Positions 49,784 to 63,233 of a stretch of DNA of 64,000 nt are shown here, in pieces. The number at the start of each line of letters is the position of its first letter. Positions within the stretch are counted from its first letter, which is position 1. Under the pieces are notes generated by a model. The model was not told the origin of the DNA, did no database searches, and was given only the letters and a program-made list of their open reading frames with translations. The position numbers and the translations under genes are program-made. This DNA is from Mobula hypostoma (taxonomy: Eukaryota): the NCBI RefSeq assembly GCF_963921235.1, contig NC_086118.1, positions 22,260,001-22,324,000 of the forward strand, read 5' to 3'.

Positions 49784-50729
49784 ACAAATATTTGGTCATT
49801 TAATTTGGAGAAGCTAAGCATTTTCTACACAGTTAAACATCACCAAATTTTATTCTTTATAAGGAACATGCAAAGCTTTCTGAAAATTATCAGTATGTTG
49901 GGAGAAAAGCAACAGGGAGAAATATTTGTGGTTACTCTTCCATAAAATGAAATAGATAGAAGTTGATTTACCATTCAGCTTTGTTATGGTAATTAAATGA
50001 TACAATAAAAACACGATATACTTTGATGCAGGAATGTGTGGCTTTACAAAACCCATTCAATCTTGTTGAAGCTTCATTGGTTTAATAAATGTATGCTCTT
50101 ATTTTGCTTATTTTACAGGTTTTTTCCTAACTCTATAAATACAAAGCAGAAATATGCCTGCCTTATCTTAAATAATCCTGCTGTACACCTGAAGTAACTT
50201 GTGGAATACAAATTGTGGAAGAAACAAGACTGGGCTCTGACAAAAAGACATGAGGAGAAAGGGAGATTTCCGCTGAAATCATCATCCCAGGTTGGAAGAT
50301 GCTTGTTAAAAGTTTGAACATATTATCATTTTAGGGTGCTAATTCTGTATTATTTCAGAGATAAGGTGACGGCTGGCTGCAACAATATTAGCTGAAAGAC
50401 AGCTAAATAGTGAAAAGATAAAGAGAAAGATGGCATAATACATAATGTGAAATAAAGGTAGAGAGTGCAGACTATGTGTAACATATAGGTCAAAGCAGAG
50501 TTCATTGGATTTTGATCTGGGGATGTGAGTCATTTTACATTCTATCCTACACTTCATATAAATCTTTGATAATCCTTCTTTCAGATGAGATGAATGGACG
50601 ATTCTTTTTCGTTCTCTCATTCGGAAATAATAAAATTGCACTAACATCATGTGAAAGAATAGAGGACCCTGAACAATAATTACTCCTCAATCAATATTGT
50701 TCTGTAGTCTCCTGAAAGAAATAGCTCAC

Positions 50730-51695
50730 ACTAGTAGTGTGCAGCAGTAATCACTGCTAGGTCTGTTGTTGTTTGTCACCTACATCAATGATCCAGATGA
50801 TAATGTTGTTAACTGGATCTGCAAATTTATGGATGACACCAAGATAGAGGGTGTAGTGGACAGCGAGGAAGTTACCAGAACTGGCAGCAGGATCTGGACC
50901 AGCTGGAAAAATGGCGGATGAAATTTAATGCGCAAGTGTGAGGTGTTGCAGTTTGGGAGGACAAACCAGGGTATGCATTACCCAGTAAGTGATAGGACAC
51001 TGAGGAGTGTGGGAGTCAAAGAGATCTGAGAAACCAGGTCCATAATTCCTTGGAAGTGGTATCATACATAGTCAGAGTCATAAAGAGAACTTTTGGCACA
51101 TTGGCCTTCATAAATCAAAGTATTGACACTGGAGTTGGACTGTTATGTTGAAGTTGTATATGTTATTGGTGAGGCCTAATTTTGAGTATTTTGTGCAGTT
51201 CTGGTCTCCTATCAATAAGATTGGATGAATGCAGAGAAAATTAACAAGGATATTACCAGGACTTGAAGACCTGAGGTACAGAGAAAGATTGAATACGTTA
51301 GGGCTTCCTTCCCTAGAGCATAGGAGAATGAGGGGAGATTTGACAGAGGTATACACAATTATGAAGAGTGTAGATAGTGTAAATGCAAGCAAGCTTTTTC
51401 CACTGAGGTTGGGTGAGACTAGAATGAGAGGTCATGGGTTAAGGGTGAATGGTGAGAAGTTACAGAGGAACGTGAGGGGGAACTTCTTCGCTCAGAGTGG
51501 TGATATTGTGGAATGAGCAGTCAGCAGAAGTGGTGGATTTGGGTTCAATTTCACTATTTAAGAGATATTTGGATAGGTACATGGATGGGAGGGATTGGAG
51601 GTCTATGTTCTGGGTGCAGGTCAATGGGACTAGGCAGATTAATAGATCGACATAGACTAAAAGGGCCTGTTTCTGTGCTGTCATGTTCTATGACT
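50730..51695 (+). mobile_element. CR1 RT C-terminus and 3' end, degraded
   Basis: YINDPDD, KFMDDTK, and ORF 51229..51516 QRKLTRILPGL...RMRGDL...RGH. Tail TTCTATGACTC. Confidence 0.85.
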
Positions 51696-53899
51696 CAGAC
51701 TAAAAGATGAATTGGTCGTATTTAATACACTGTAAAAGTGGATTTTCATTGGCAGAAATAACAGGATTTGCAATTTCTTTGTCTTTATTTCAGCATAATA
51801 TAGTATGTTTGCAGTCCAGATTAATATAAGGTAATCACGGTTGTACATTTCTTATCTGGAAACTAAAATTATAGAGTCAGTACTGAGCACCACACTTAAT
51901 AGATTTTCAATGTCACTCCTTTGGCTTGGAACAAATTCCCTTCAGATGAAACAAAATTGAGGTGTGCCTCTATCCAGAGCAATGGTTGACTGAAAATAAA
52001 AGTTCATCCAGTAACAAGTACATTCTGAGTCCCGCGAATAAAAAGAGAGCTGTAGAAGGAAGACAAATAAACACACTACATAGCACTGAAAGACATATAA
52101 ATCTGAATGTGAAGAATTCATTAACAGTGGCCCTTGTGTTCAAGAACCAGCAGTATTAGCAGTAAAAATAATTAGCTGCAAATTGAAATATGAAATCAGG
52201 AGACTACAAGACCGGGTTCAGGAAAAGGTGAAATGCTTCACATTGAGAGCTGGTGAAATGTAAGCGTGGCAGTGGTAGAACCTGTGGGGAAAGGAAGTGA
52301 AAGCAGATGGCACAAATTCACAACAATTGTGCCATTTCACCGTCTTTTGTTTTGCCTTCAGCTTTATCCCTTCTGAAACTTTGTAGTGGCGTTTTAATGT
52401 GCTTCTGTTTAACTTTTGTTAACTCACTCTGGAATTCCAAAAGTACAGACATTTCTGCAAAAGCAAACTTGTAGTCACAGCCCTCCTTCAATCTAAATGA
52501 TGAGCTGCCAGATGAAGAGGTAGAGGCAGCTACAGTTACGATGTTTAAGTGGCATTTGGACAGGTGAGAAATGGGCCAAATGCAAAGGAATGGGATTAGC
52601 TCAAGTAAGCAACTTTGCTGGCATTTGTTTCCATGCTGTATGATACATCACAGAAGGCCAAATGACAAGGATTATGAATAAGATCAAATGCAAAGGAGAT
52701 TATTTCACAATTTTAAATTATTCATTCTAATGTCACTCCTATTTTCACCGAACTAGACAATGCGATATCCTCGCAATATGGATGGATGCTTGAAATGCAT
52801 GCACAGATGAGAGAGGTATGCAGTAATCTCTGTCATTCTTGTGAGAAGTAAATCATAAAATAAACCATAATAAATTAAAGCAAAATAAGCTTAAAGCTTC
52901 TCTGAGTTATGCCAAACAGAAGGGATAATTCACCATGATCCTAATACTTATTCAACTTCAATCACACATTTAATAACTCATTAACACTTACATACTCAAG
53001 TTTGTATTTCAGTAGTATTGTACAAAAGTTGGTTGATTGGCCTTCTGCATTAAGTACAACACTGGTGAGTGGTGTATGGGGTTTGCTCTGCACTTCTGAG
53101 TTCCACTACTCATTTTACGGATTATCATAAGAGGGAAAATAAGGCAGCAGCAAGTGAGATATAATTGGAGAAAGGTCAAGTATCAAAGCAAGGAGAAAGT
53201 AATTTGGAGGCTGAAGGAATGTTGCTGGAGGGAAGGAATTGAGACCCTCTGTCCAAGGTCTGGTCGTTTTTTTTAAACGTCAAGTAACAAATATTTCATT
53301 TTCTCCATTGAAATGTATTCTGAACAAGATGGTGTTCAGTCCCTGCACTTGAACGTTAAAGTTATAAAGTTTCTTCAAAAATAAATAATTAGTGATTCAT
53401 TTTGAATGATGGAGCTTTTATTTTACCGCTATTTGCAGAGCCTTTCAGGTAGAAATGGATAAGAAATAAATATACTGACTGTTAATACTCACAGCACATC
53501 ATTGAAGCACCAACCCCTCGCAGTAATATCACTGTCACTAATGCTACAAATGGCAAGGCTGGTGATCTCAGGTAATGTCACAAACAAGATGACAAACTGC
53601 TCTACAATTTTCGGAAATTCTCTTCAAACATTGCCTCTCTCTAGTAATTAGATGTTACGTGTGTACCTTTATATGAACGGCAGCACAATAATCCACATAC
53701 ATTTACGACAGAGACAGCTGGGGACTGAACAGGTACAGAGACTCTCTTCCCCTTCCCACGTACAGCATTCATATCATTCCAAAGGCAGTATTCAAAGGTT
53801 TCGATGGGTTGCTGCAGAACATCAACACTGAGAGGTACACTTATAGAAAGAGCATATTTGATCAAAGTTAATATCCTCAAATAAACAGTTGTGAGGTTA

Positions 53900-54215
53900 T
53901 TCACGGAGTCACAGAGGCCCGTTTACAATATAGCAGGCAACAGGCCCATCAGCTCATCCCGTCCATGCTGACCACGGTGCCGACAATCTAGACACAATTT
54001 CCTGCCTTTGAACCATATCCCCCGAAGCCCTACCCCTCTATTTACCTATCCAAGTGCTTCTTAAATAATACTATTGTACACGCCTCAGCCACTTCGTTTA
54101 GCAGCTCATACTTGCCATCACTAGCATGAAAAGCTTGTCCCTTGGGTCACTTTTAAATCTTTCACCTCTTACCCGAAACCTATGCCCCCTAGGCTTGAAC
54201 TCTCCTACCCTGGGG
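53900..54215 (-). mobile_element. CR1 3' end fragment
   Basis: Resembles the reverse of CR1 3' ends (CCATATCCC, TACCTATCCAAG, CCTATGCCCCCTAG). Confidence 0.6.
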
Positions 54216-54399
54216 AAGCCATGTGATGCCCATAATTCTTTATACACAAATACACTGCTTCCCATTAAAAAAGCAAATGCTCACATACAAAGCATCATCT
54301 CTATACACATAAAGTTACATAATAAGATTAAATAATTAAATATACACATCTTTATGCACACGACTAATAGTACATTAGTGCTGGTCCACTTGAACATAG

Positions 54400-54790
54400 A
54401 ATGTAGAATGAGCGGAGATTTGATCGAGGTATACAAAATTATGAGGGCGATAGGTAGGGTAAATGCAAACAGGTTTTTTCACAGAGGTCGGGTGGGACTA
54501 CAACTAGAGGTCATGGGCTAAGGGTGAAAGGTGGAAAGTTTAAGGGAAACTTGAGGGGAACCTATTTCACTCAGAGGGTCATGAGAGTGTGGAACAAGTT
54601 GCCGGGGCAACTGCTGCTTGTCAGCATGATTTCAACATTTAATAGAGGTTTGGATAGGTACGTAGATGACAAGTGTATGGAGGGCTATGGTCCCAATGCA
54701 GGTCGATGGGAGCAGGCAATTTAAATGCTTTGGCATGGACTGTATACTAAAGGGCCTATATCTGTGCTGTACTTTTCTATGACTGTAACT
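54400..54790 (+). mobile_element. CR1 3' end fragment
   Basis: TRGHGL...FTQRVMRVWNKLP, with a TTTCTATGAC tail. Confidence 0.8.
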
Positions 54791-54869
54791 CCATAACATC
54801 ATTAATCAATCCTACCAAAACCTCTCAATTCTAACAGATCCTATCGCATTCTTAGTTTCTATAATGAAA

Positions 54870-56160
54870 TATATTATAAAAGAAGTGATAGCAGAACACT
54901 TGAAAAAATGTTAACAAGACAAATAAAACATAGGTTATGAAATGAAAATCATGCTCAAAAATATACTGGAGAAATCTGAAGATGGTACTATTGGAATAGA
55001 AAGGAGAGAAGCAGTGGATGTAGTACATTTACATTTTCAGAAGTTTTCCCTAAGGCTTTTCAAACAACATTAATGCACAATGTTAAAGAATATGACATTG
55101 GGGGGAAGGGATACTGTAAAGTTTCTAGCAGGAATTGAGAATTGGTTGACAGACAGATGACAGAGAGTAGGAATAAATGTATCTTTCTTGCAAGTGGCAG
55201 CAAATAATTTTCAAGCACTGCAAAGATCATTGCTTGGGCCCAGTTATATACAATAGATATCCATGACTTGATGAAGGAACCAAAAATCATATCTCCAAGG
55301 TTCAAACAACACAAAACTGGGTTGGAGGTTGGGAGTGGAGAAGTGGGCCTGGCAAAATGTGAGCTGTGGGGAGGAGATAACTAATGATCTTCCAATGTGA
55401 CTTAGGCAATTTAGAAAGGACCGGTAGAACCAGATCAACATGGTGTCACGGTCCCGATCGTTAATTCCCTATCTTTTTCTCAATTTCCTTTGATTGTGCC
55501 ACGGTTCTGACCGTTAATTTCCCATTTGCTTCTAATTCTCTTTGATAACTGCACACCTGGTTTCCATCAAGACCTGCAGCATAAGAACCCTGGTGTTACA
55601 TCCACTAGTCACCAGATCGTTGGTTTTCCCTGTAACGTTTCCTGGCCGCTTAGGACTGTGTGTTCTAAGTTTTGCTCCAGTTTCAAGGTTTACCTATGAA
55701 ATGCTGTCTCTCTGTGTCAAGGCTTCGTGTCAAGATCCCTCCTGTTTGCTGTTCAACGCTTATGTTCGCATAAGCATCCTAACTCAATCTCCGTGCTTGT
55801 GTCCTGCACTTGAGTTCACTTCATTCCCTCATTGCAACACATGGTGATAAAAAAAATGATATTCACTTTGGTTCCAAAAGGCAGGTTATTAACTAAATGG
55901 TGACAGATTGGGAAATGACAAGGTGCAAAGAGACACGAGTGCCCTTTGGTGTGACTCACTGACAACAAGCACATGGGTGCAGCAAACAAGTGGTATGACG
56001 GTCTTCATTGTAATAGGATTTGAGTACAAGAGCAAGGATATCTGCTGCCGTAGTTCTGGAGACCCCAGAGGATATTGTCTTCTTATCAGAGGAAGAATAT
56101 TCATAATGTGGAGCGACTGCAACAAAGGTTTACTATACTCATTACTGCACTGATGGACTG
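54870..56160 (+). mobile_element. Old CR1 RT remnant interrupted by a solo LTR
   Basis: GTGGATGTAGTACATTTACATTTTCAGAAG (VDVVHLHFQK) and GGATTTGAGTACAAGAGCAAGG (GFEYKSK). Confidence 0.6.
55444..55839 (+). mobile_element. Solo LTR (396 bp)
   Basis: TG...CA termini (TGTCAC...GCAACA). Perfect 5-bp TSD CATGG at 55439-55443 and 55840-55844. Confidence 0.88.
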
Positions 56161-56184
56161 TCATTGGGGGATTTATCTTGATTT

Positions 56185-56462
56185 GAAGTTTAAAGTTCAA
56201 AAGATTAGCTTTATTTGTCACCTGTACATCGAAACATGAGTAAAATATGCTGTTTATGTCAAAGACCAACAATGTCTGAAGATGGGAAGCCTGCAAATGT
56301 CACCAATTCGTTCACCTTTTTGAAATGTGGGAGAAAACTGGAGCACCCTAAGGAAAATGTGAGGAAAAAGTACAAATGCCGTACAGACCGCAGCAGGAAT
56401 TGAACCCCCAATCTTCTGATCACTGACACTGTGCAGCGTTATGCTAACCGCTATGCTACCCT
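56185..56462 (-). mobile_element. tRNA-derived SINE (V-SINE-like head) with a different 3' tail
   Basis: The minus strand begins GGTAGCATAGCGGTTAGC...GGTTCAATTCC. 56325-56400 matches 21485-21575. The 56205-56305 tail resembles 19563-19670 and 60605-60710. Confidence 0.65.
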
Positions 56463-56519
56463 AATTAAATTTTTATTTACATTAACTGAAGTTGAGAAGA
56501 ATAAAAGAAGAAATTCCTC

Positions 56520-57440
56520 CTGATCTTTGTTTTAAATGGGTGATCCCTTCCCAACCTGTTCCCTAATAGGAGGAACATCCTCTCAGTCAAATCCAGCCTC
56601 AAGTATCATCCTGTTAACCCCCCTCAGAAACGTACAACTTTTCCCAGATCATCTCTTATTTTTCAATATTCCAACAAACCATCTTTCCAACATTTCTTCA
56701 TACCCACCCCACCTCCTTCATCGCAGGAATCGACTAAATGAACCTACACTGCACTCACTTCATTAGCAGTGCATCCTTCCTTAAACACCAGGTATAAAAC
56801 TGCATGCATTATCCCAGTGACCTTACAGCATGACACCTCACAATGGCATTAAAGCTTCCTTACTTTTACACTCTATGCTTTATGTGAGATTAAGGTAACC
56901 ATTCCATTTCTTTCTATTTACTCGTTTGTTTCTGCATGCCAATCTTTTGGGTTTCATATACAAGAAACCCAAGATCTCCTTTTACCACAACATTTGTAGC
57001 CCCAGTCCTTTTACATAATCACTTTTATTAGTCATCTTTCTTTTCTTTCACATCTTCTGAGGTTATGCTCCATCGGCTAATTTCTTCATCACCACATTAT
57101 CTGTATCCCTTTGCAGGCTCTTTGACCCTTCTCACTCGTTAATCCACCTATTTTTGTATCATCAGCAAATTTAGCTATAGCACATTTGATTCCTTCTTTC
57201 AAGTCATGAATACAAGTTATGTATAGCTGAGATCCCAGCATTGATCTCTGTGACAACCCACTAGTTACTGATTGCTAACCCAAGAATGGCCTGCTTAACC
57301 CATCTCTGTAGTTGTTTAGTTAGCCTCACATCTATCTATACAGATACATGACCCCAACACCTTGCACATATGCTTTGTTGCAAGCTGTTATATGGCACTA
57401 TATCTTATGCCTTCTGGAACCTAAATACACTATATCTACT
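56520..57440 (-). mobile_element. Old CR1 RT remnant
   Basis: TTGTATCATCAGCAAATTT (KFADDT on the minus strand), GATCCCAGCATTGATC and ACCCACTAGTTAC. Confidence 0.65.
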
Positions 57441-58896
57441 ACTTACTTATTGTCTTTCTTCTTTGTTAAGTTCTAACATAGTTGTAGAAAATTTGTCAAA
57501 TGTGTTTGGATTCCTGGGGCCCAAGAATCTACCACTCAATCTCTTTCCCATGGACAAAGAAGGGAATGCTTCTACTACTGTCCATGTGGCTTGTTTGATG
57601 TTTCTATTGTGGTATAGGAGTCCAGATGAAAATGCCTAACAATCTGAAGCGTCATCTCCACACGGCTGCCCATTTTACATTCCTTCTCAAATATTATCAG
57701 CCCATCACAGTAATGGAAGGGTGCAATTGCTCTGGAGAGGGTGCAGAAGAGAATCATCAGGACGTTGCAGATGAACCTTATCAGATCAATTGCGAGAATG
57801 TGGCAAGATTGACAGTGCTGTGAATTGACTGAGTCACCTATACACAGAAGGCTGTCTCTTTTCGCAGGGGTTTTATAGTGCACATGGTTTCATTGCAGTG
57901 GGCCTGGTTCGTCACCCACACTGTAAGTTGCCACAGTGTATCATGACTAACATGAGTCACTGAAAACATTTAATCCTGATACTCTTGTCATTCTTCCTTC
58001 ATACATACCAACAGCATTGATGAGAGGACTTATAGGTTTAAGGAAAGATAATCAACCACAGTCAATAGTTTTGCCTGAATACTGCCATCAGCCAGTTTGT
58101 ACACTAAGCTACTTTGCAATGCCTAATCTGATAAGATCAGGACATTATAGCTCACTGCCAGTGTCCTTAACTAGGCCACCTAGTCACCAATCATTTTTCT
58201 TAGCCCTAAGTTGCAAGTTCCAAGCATACCGCTTCGAAAAACCTCTGGCAGTACCAGATAAACATTATTCTGACAATAGTCCCACCAACAAGGGTGTTCT
58301 TGCACCAGCAACACCCTTGCCTTCCAATTCTCGTTTATCTTTTCTGTGTTCTCCCAGGAAACTTAACAGTAAAATTTGCCTTCAGGAATTTTCGATTTGT
58401 TTCCAACACAGGGTGAATAGCAGAAGTGTACCGCTTGAGCACTCCCCTGTATTTGACACATCTATTTGCTGCTGCCACAACGCTCCACACATTTAACTCA
58501 CATTACCTCAATGTCCGATACTTCTGCAGTCAACAACATACCAGCTCCATGACAGTGCAATGCCTGTGAATTTCTTTGTGTAGCTACAAGCACAAGCATT
58601 AGATGGAGTCAGAGGTACAAGCAGAACATCCTTCTCTGAAGAAAATCTTTCCCAACTAAACGGCTGTGTCTGCTTTGAAAATAAATCAGATTCATTCCAA
58701 GTTGTAAACTCAAATTCATCATTACACTTATAAATATTCCAGGCCACTCCTCAAACTGTGCATGAAAACTGAGGTTCTTCCTCTTCAAAAGTCATTTTAC
58801 ATGAGTTTTCAACAATAGGAAGTTTATTGTTCCTTGAAACTGTAATACTGATAATTTGTATGTGAACAGATGTACTTTTTCATATTCAGATTTGTT

Positions 58897-60602
58897 AGAA
58901 ACATAGAACACAGAAACGTTGAAAACCTACAGCACAATTCAAGCCCTTTGGCCCACAAAGCTGTGCCGAACATGTCCTTACCTTAGAACTACCTAGGCTT
59001 ACCCATAGCCCTCTATTTTTCTAAGCTCCATGTACCTATCCAGGAGTCTCTTAAAAGATGCTATTGTTTCCACCCTCATCACTGCCACCGGCAGCCCATT
59101 CCACGCACTCACCAATCTCTGCATAAAAAACTTACCCCTGACATCTCCTCTGTACCTGCTTCCAAGCACCTTAAAACTATGCCCTCTCATGCTAGCCACT
59201 TCAGCCCTGGGAAAAAGCCTCTGAATATCCACATGATCAATGCCTCTCATCATCTTATACACCTCTATCAGGTCATCTCTCCACCTCCGTCGCTCCAAGG
59301 AGAAAAGGCTGGGTTCACTCAACCTATTCTCATAAGGCATGCTCCCCAATCCAGGCAACATCCTTGTAAATCTCCTCTGCACTTTTTCTATGGTTTCTAC
59401 ATTCTTCCTGTAGTGAGTTGACTAGAACTGAGCACAGTACTCCAAGTGGGGTCTGACCAGGGTCCTATATAGCTGCAACATTACCCCTCTGCTCCAAAAC
59501 TCAATCCACGTTTGATGAGAGTTAATGCACCGTGTGCCTTCTTAACCACACAGCAACCTGCTCAGCAGCTTTGAGTATCCTGTGGACTCAGACACCAAGA
59601 TCCCGCTGATACTCCACACTGCCAAGATTTTTACCATTAGTACTATATCCTGTCATCATATTTAACCTACCAAAATGAACCACTTCACACTTATCTGGGT
59701 TGAACTCCATTTACCACTTCTCAGCCCAGTTTTGCATCCTAACAATGTCCTGCTGTAACCTCAGACAGTCCTCCATATTATCCACAACACCCGCAACCTT
59801 TGTGTCATCAGCAGATTTACTAACCCATTCCTCCACTTCCTCGTCCAGGTAATTTACAAAAATCATGAAGAGAAGGAGTCCCAGAACAGATCACTGAGAC
59901 ACACCACTGGAAATATCCCAAGCAAATATCCCCTGAACGTTTGCCACATTTCTGCCATACATTTCCCTGAGAACATCTGCTCCAATTTATGCTTCCAAGT
60001 TCCTGCCTTATAGCCTCATATTTCGCCTTACTCCAATTAAAAGTCTGTTCCTATCCCTCTCCAATGTTATGGTAAAGGAGATAGAATTGTGATCACTATC
60101 TCCAAAATGTTCTCCCACTGAGAGAGTTGACACCTGACCAGGCTCACTTCCTAATATCAGATCAAGTACAGCCTCTCCTCTCTAGGCTTTTCTACATAAC
60201 GTGTCAAGAAACCTTCCTGAACACACCTAACTCCACCCCATCTAAACCCCTCACTCTAGGGAGATGCCAATCAATATTTGTGAAATTAAAATCTCCCACC
60301 ACAATGACTCTGTAATTATTACACCTTTCCAAAATCTGTCTCCCTATCTGCTCCTCCATGTCCCTGTTACTATTGGGTGGTCTATAAAAAACACCCAGTA
60401 GAGTTATTGACCCTTTCCTGTTCCTAACTTCCACCCACAGAGACTCTGTAGGCAACCCCTCCAGGACTTCCTCCTTTTCTGCAGCTGTGACAGTATCTGT
60501 GATGAACAGGGCCACACCCCCACCTCTTTTGCCTCCCTCCCTGTCCTTTCTGAAACACCTAAAGCCTGGCTCTTGAAGTAGCCATTCCTGCCCCTGCACC
60601 AT
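58897..60602 (-). mobile_element. CR1 LINE (same family as copy B) with an internal deletion of about 1 kb
   Basis: ORF 58999..59382 (QRRFTRMLPGL) and ORF 60204..60665 (KRGGGVAL, FYRPPN, VGDFNF). AGAAACAT tail. Collinear with 960-1901, then with 2960 onward. Confidence 0.88.
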
Positions 60603-60604
60603 CA

Positions 60605-61495
60605 GTTGCTTATCACAAGTACATAGAAACATGCAGACAAATGTGTTACTTGTGTTCACCAACACAGCCTAGGATGTGCTAGGGAAAGTCTGCAAGTGTT
60701 GCCGCACATTCCAACACAAACACGGCATGCCCATTATGCTCAGCAGAACAACACAGAACACAACAAGCAACAAAACAACAACAGCAGAACAAGCTGTTTT
60801 CCTCCCTCCCAGCCACCCACATACACAGACAATTCTCCAACTCCAGGACAGACCTCCAGCCTCCAGTTTCCAGGCTTTGGCCTTTGGGCTACAACTTCTG
60901 GGCTACCAATCAGCCCTCAGATTCCAATCTTCAGTATTGACCCTGGGATGTTCTGATGACTGAACCTTGATCTCCAGGCTCGAGCTCCATGTACAGTATG
61001 CTGGCTGACAGGCCCTCGTGCCTCCTTGTGTTTCCTGCTTGAATGGACTCCTGGTCACGGGGCTTCATACACAGAGCGGAGGCCTGGACTGCAGATGTCC
61101 TTCGTCACCTGACCATGCTGCTAGCCTTCGAACTCGGAGTGGAGGCCTGGACTGCAAATGTTCTTTGTCACCTGATCAGTCACTGGCTTCTGAGCTCAGG
61201 GTGGAGGCCTGGACTACGGATGTGCTTTGTCACCTGATCACGTTGCTGTTCTTCGAGCTCGGAGTGGAGACCTTTGAACACGAAATGCAGAGCATGGAGC
61301 AGAGGCCTGATCTCTAAGTCTTCCACATTCTTATTCCTAAACCATAATTTGACCTCTCACTTCCCACATCACTGTCCCTAAACCCTAACATGACCTTTAA
61401 CTACCCTCTCTGAACTCAAAAGCATACCTACAAATTTTTAAAAAAATGATCGTGCCATGATCTTGATAGAGACCACAGTTCAGCACTACTTTGAA
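60605..61495 (-). repeat. Non-autonomous retroposon-like element related to 19550-20295
   Basis: Shares terminal blocks, including CCCTAAACCCTAAC at 61376-61389. The interior is repetitive. Confidence 0.5.
61078..61275. repeat. 62-63 bp minisatellite, about 3 copies
   Basis: GGAGGCCTGGACT...GTCACCTGA units start at 61078, 61141 and 61203, with a partial unit at 61266. Confidence 0.85.
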
Positions 61496-62401
61496 TAAAA
61501 AATTACTTGAATATTAAATTCTGAGTTTGCTTTATGCCAAATACAAGCATGCAGAAAAAGGTACTGTTGGTAAGACCAGCATGAGGTCCATTATTTTTTC
61601 AAACTACTTATTTCACATGATTGCAGAACAGGTGAAATGGCAGATTATTCCATAAAAAGTTTGAAAGAAGAATTAGCTAATCTGAGTAAAGTAACGATAG
61701 ATAACTTCACTTTCGTTTGCTGAGCTGTGATTTCCGTAATGTAGAAGATACTTCATTAAGAACTGATCACAAAGACCGTGACTATGCAGGAAAAACAGAA
61801 TTCTGCTGTTAGTAATTGCTAAAATAGCTGTACAATGCTATTTCAGATGTCAGTGAGATAGTTCTGTCACAGATGAGCTATAAAGATTAATGGTCAGTCA
61901 GTTGATTTCTTATCTGCTGTCGGAGAAAGAACATTTTTCTGAGAGTAGCAAAATGCTAGCATCAGAATTCTAAGTCACAGAGGATGTAAATGACCTGTGT
62001 GTGTAGACGACCCATGATATTAATGTGGATTGAAAAGAAACATGAACATAATTGACCAGAGAGAGAAGAAAACTTATCACCTCACCCTGATTTTGCATCT
62101 CTAATGAAAGCAATGCTTCTTTACTCGTGAAAAGAAATTCAAGCCCTTTGGAACAGGATCTCAGTATAATATCTGCTTTGATTATATGCTCGTTCATCAT
62201 GCACATGGAAAAGGCTTTGGAGCAATCTCTTTGTATATTTGAACAGAAATAGCTTTCCAGCTTACTTTCGCGCCTGTTGACCTGATGCTTTGAATTTATA
62301 ATCCCAAACTTATCATCCTGGCACCTGTTAAAGAAATGAAGAGTCAGTATTACTGATATTTACTTTGGATAGATTGCCTGAAGAAGAAATATATATATAT
62401 A

Positions 62402-63233
62402 TACCATAAAACGAATACATGGAAGACAGGTCGTATTTATTGGCTGTTTTAGAGTCAAATACAAAAGAAAATACAAACGCTTGTGAAATCTACACAAAAG
62501 AAAAGATCTACGAAACACATTCTGTTTTTCAGTTAACTTGGACACACTGTTGTCGTCAAACGTTCAGAACTTGAAACTTTCACACTCTTCATTATCTGAC
62601 TCTCTGAAAATTGTGTCCCATTCTTCGGCAGTCACCATATCATTGTAAGGATTGTCAATTTCTGCTTCGACATCATCATTTGCAGCTTTACTAGCTGCCA
62701 AATCTCCATCGTCCTCTTCCCAAACCAAGTGATCTTCAGTACCATCCAAAGCATTGCTCATGCTGCACTTCTTGAAGGCCCTCACAATACACTCGGCCTT
62801 CATTTCCTCCCACGATTACACTACCCACTCGCAAACTGCAGCTAGAGATGCGGCCCTCATATTTCCCACTGGAGTGAATGAATGATTTCCAGACATCATC
62901 CATTTGTTCCACTGTCGATGCATGAATTCTTTGAATGGTTTGTTTAAACTCACATCTAGTGGCTGGAGCACGGACATCAAACCACCGGGGATGACTGCAA
63001 TGTCTGTATTTTCAGCTTTCAATGCTGTTTTTGTCTCACCTGACAAGTGCGCTTTGAACATGTCCCAGACAGGTAGCGACTTTTCCTTCCCAAAACCTTC
63101 GGGACGTCAACGCCACACATCTTTAACCCACTTCAGGCAACCCGCTCCGTCCATCCAGCAGTGTTCTTGAACATAAACAACAACACCCCGCGGGAATTTT
63201 TCTTTCTTTGGGATTGTTTAATGTTTTCCTCTT
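62402..63233 (-). mobile_element. pogo/Tigger-type DDE transposase remnant (C-terminal part and probable TIR)
   Basis: DMFKAHL...AVIPGGLMSVLQPLDVSLNKPFK...WNKWM...VCEWV, then AFKKCSMSNALDGTED with an acidic tail. TA|CCATA end at 62402-62408. Confidence 0.85.

Noticed and set aside
53490..53904. Minus-strand donor GTGAGT and 87-aa ORF
   Set aside because: No consistent acceptor and frame giving a recognisable protein.
57626..57823. 65-aa ORF MKMPNNLK...
   Set aside because: It overlaps a CR1 remnant (ALERVQKR in another frame).
61078..61275. Regularly spaced repeats resembling a CRISPR array
   Set aside because: The whole 62-63 bp unit is repeated with no unique spacers, there are no cas genes, and the context is vertebrate.
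62564..63061. Domesticated pogo-derived host gene
   Set aside because: The frame is broken by a stop and frameshifts, interrupted at 63234, and bounded by a TIR-like end.
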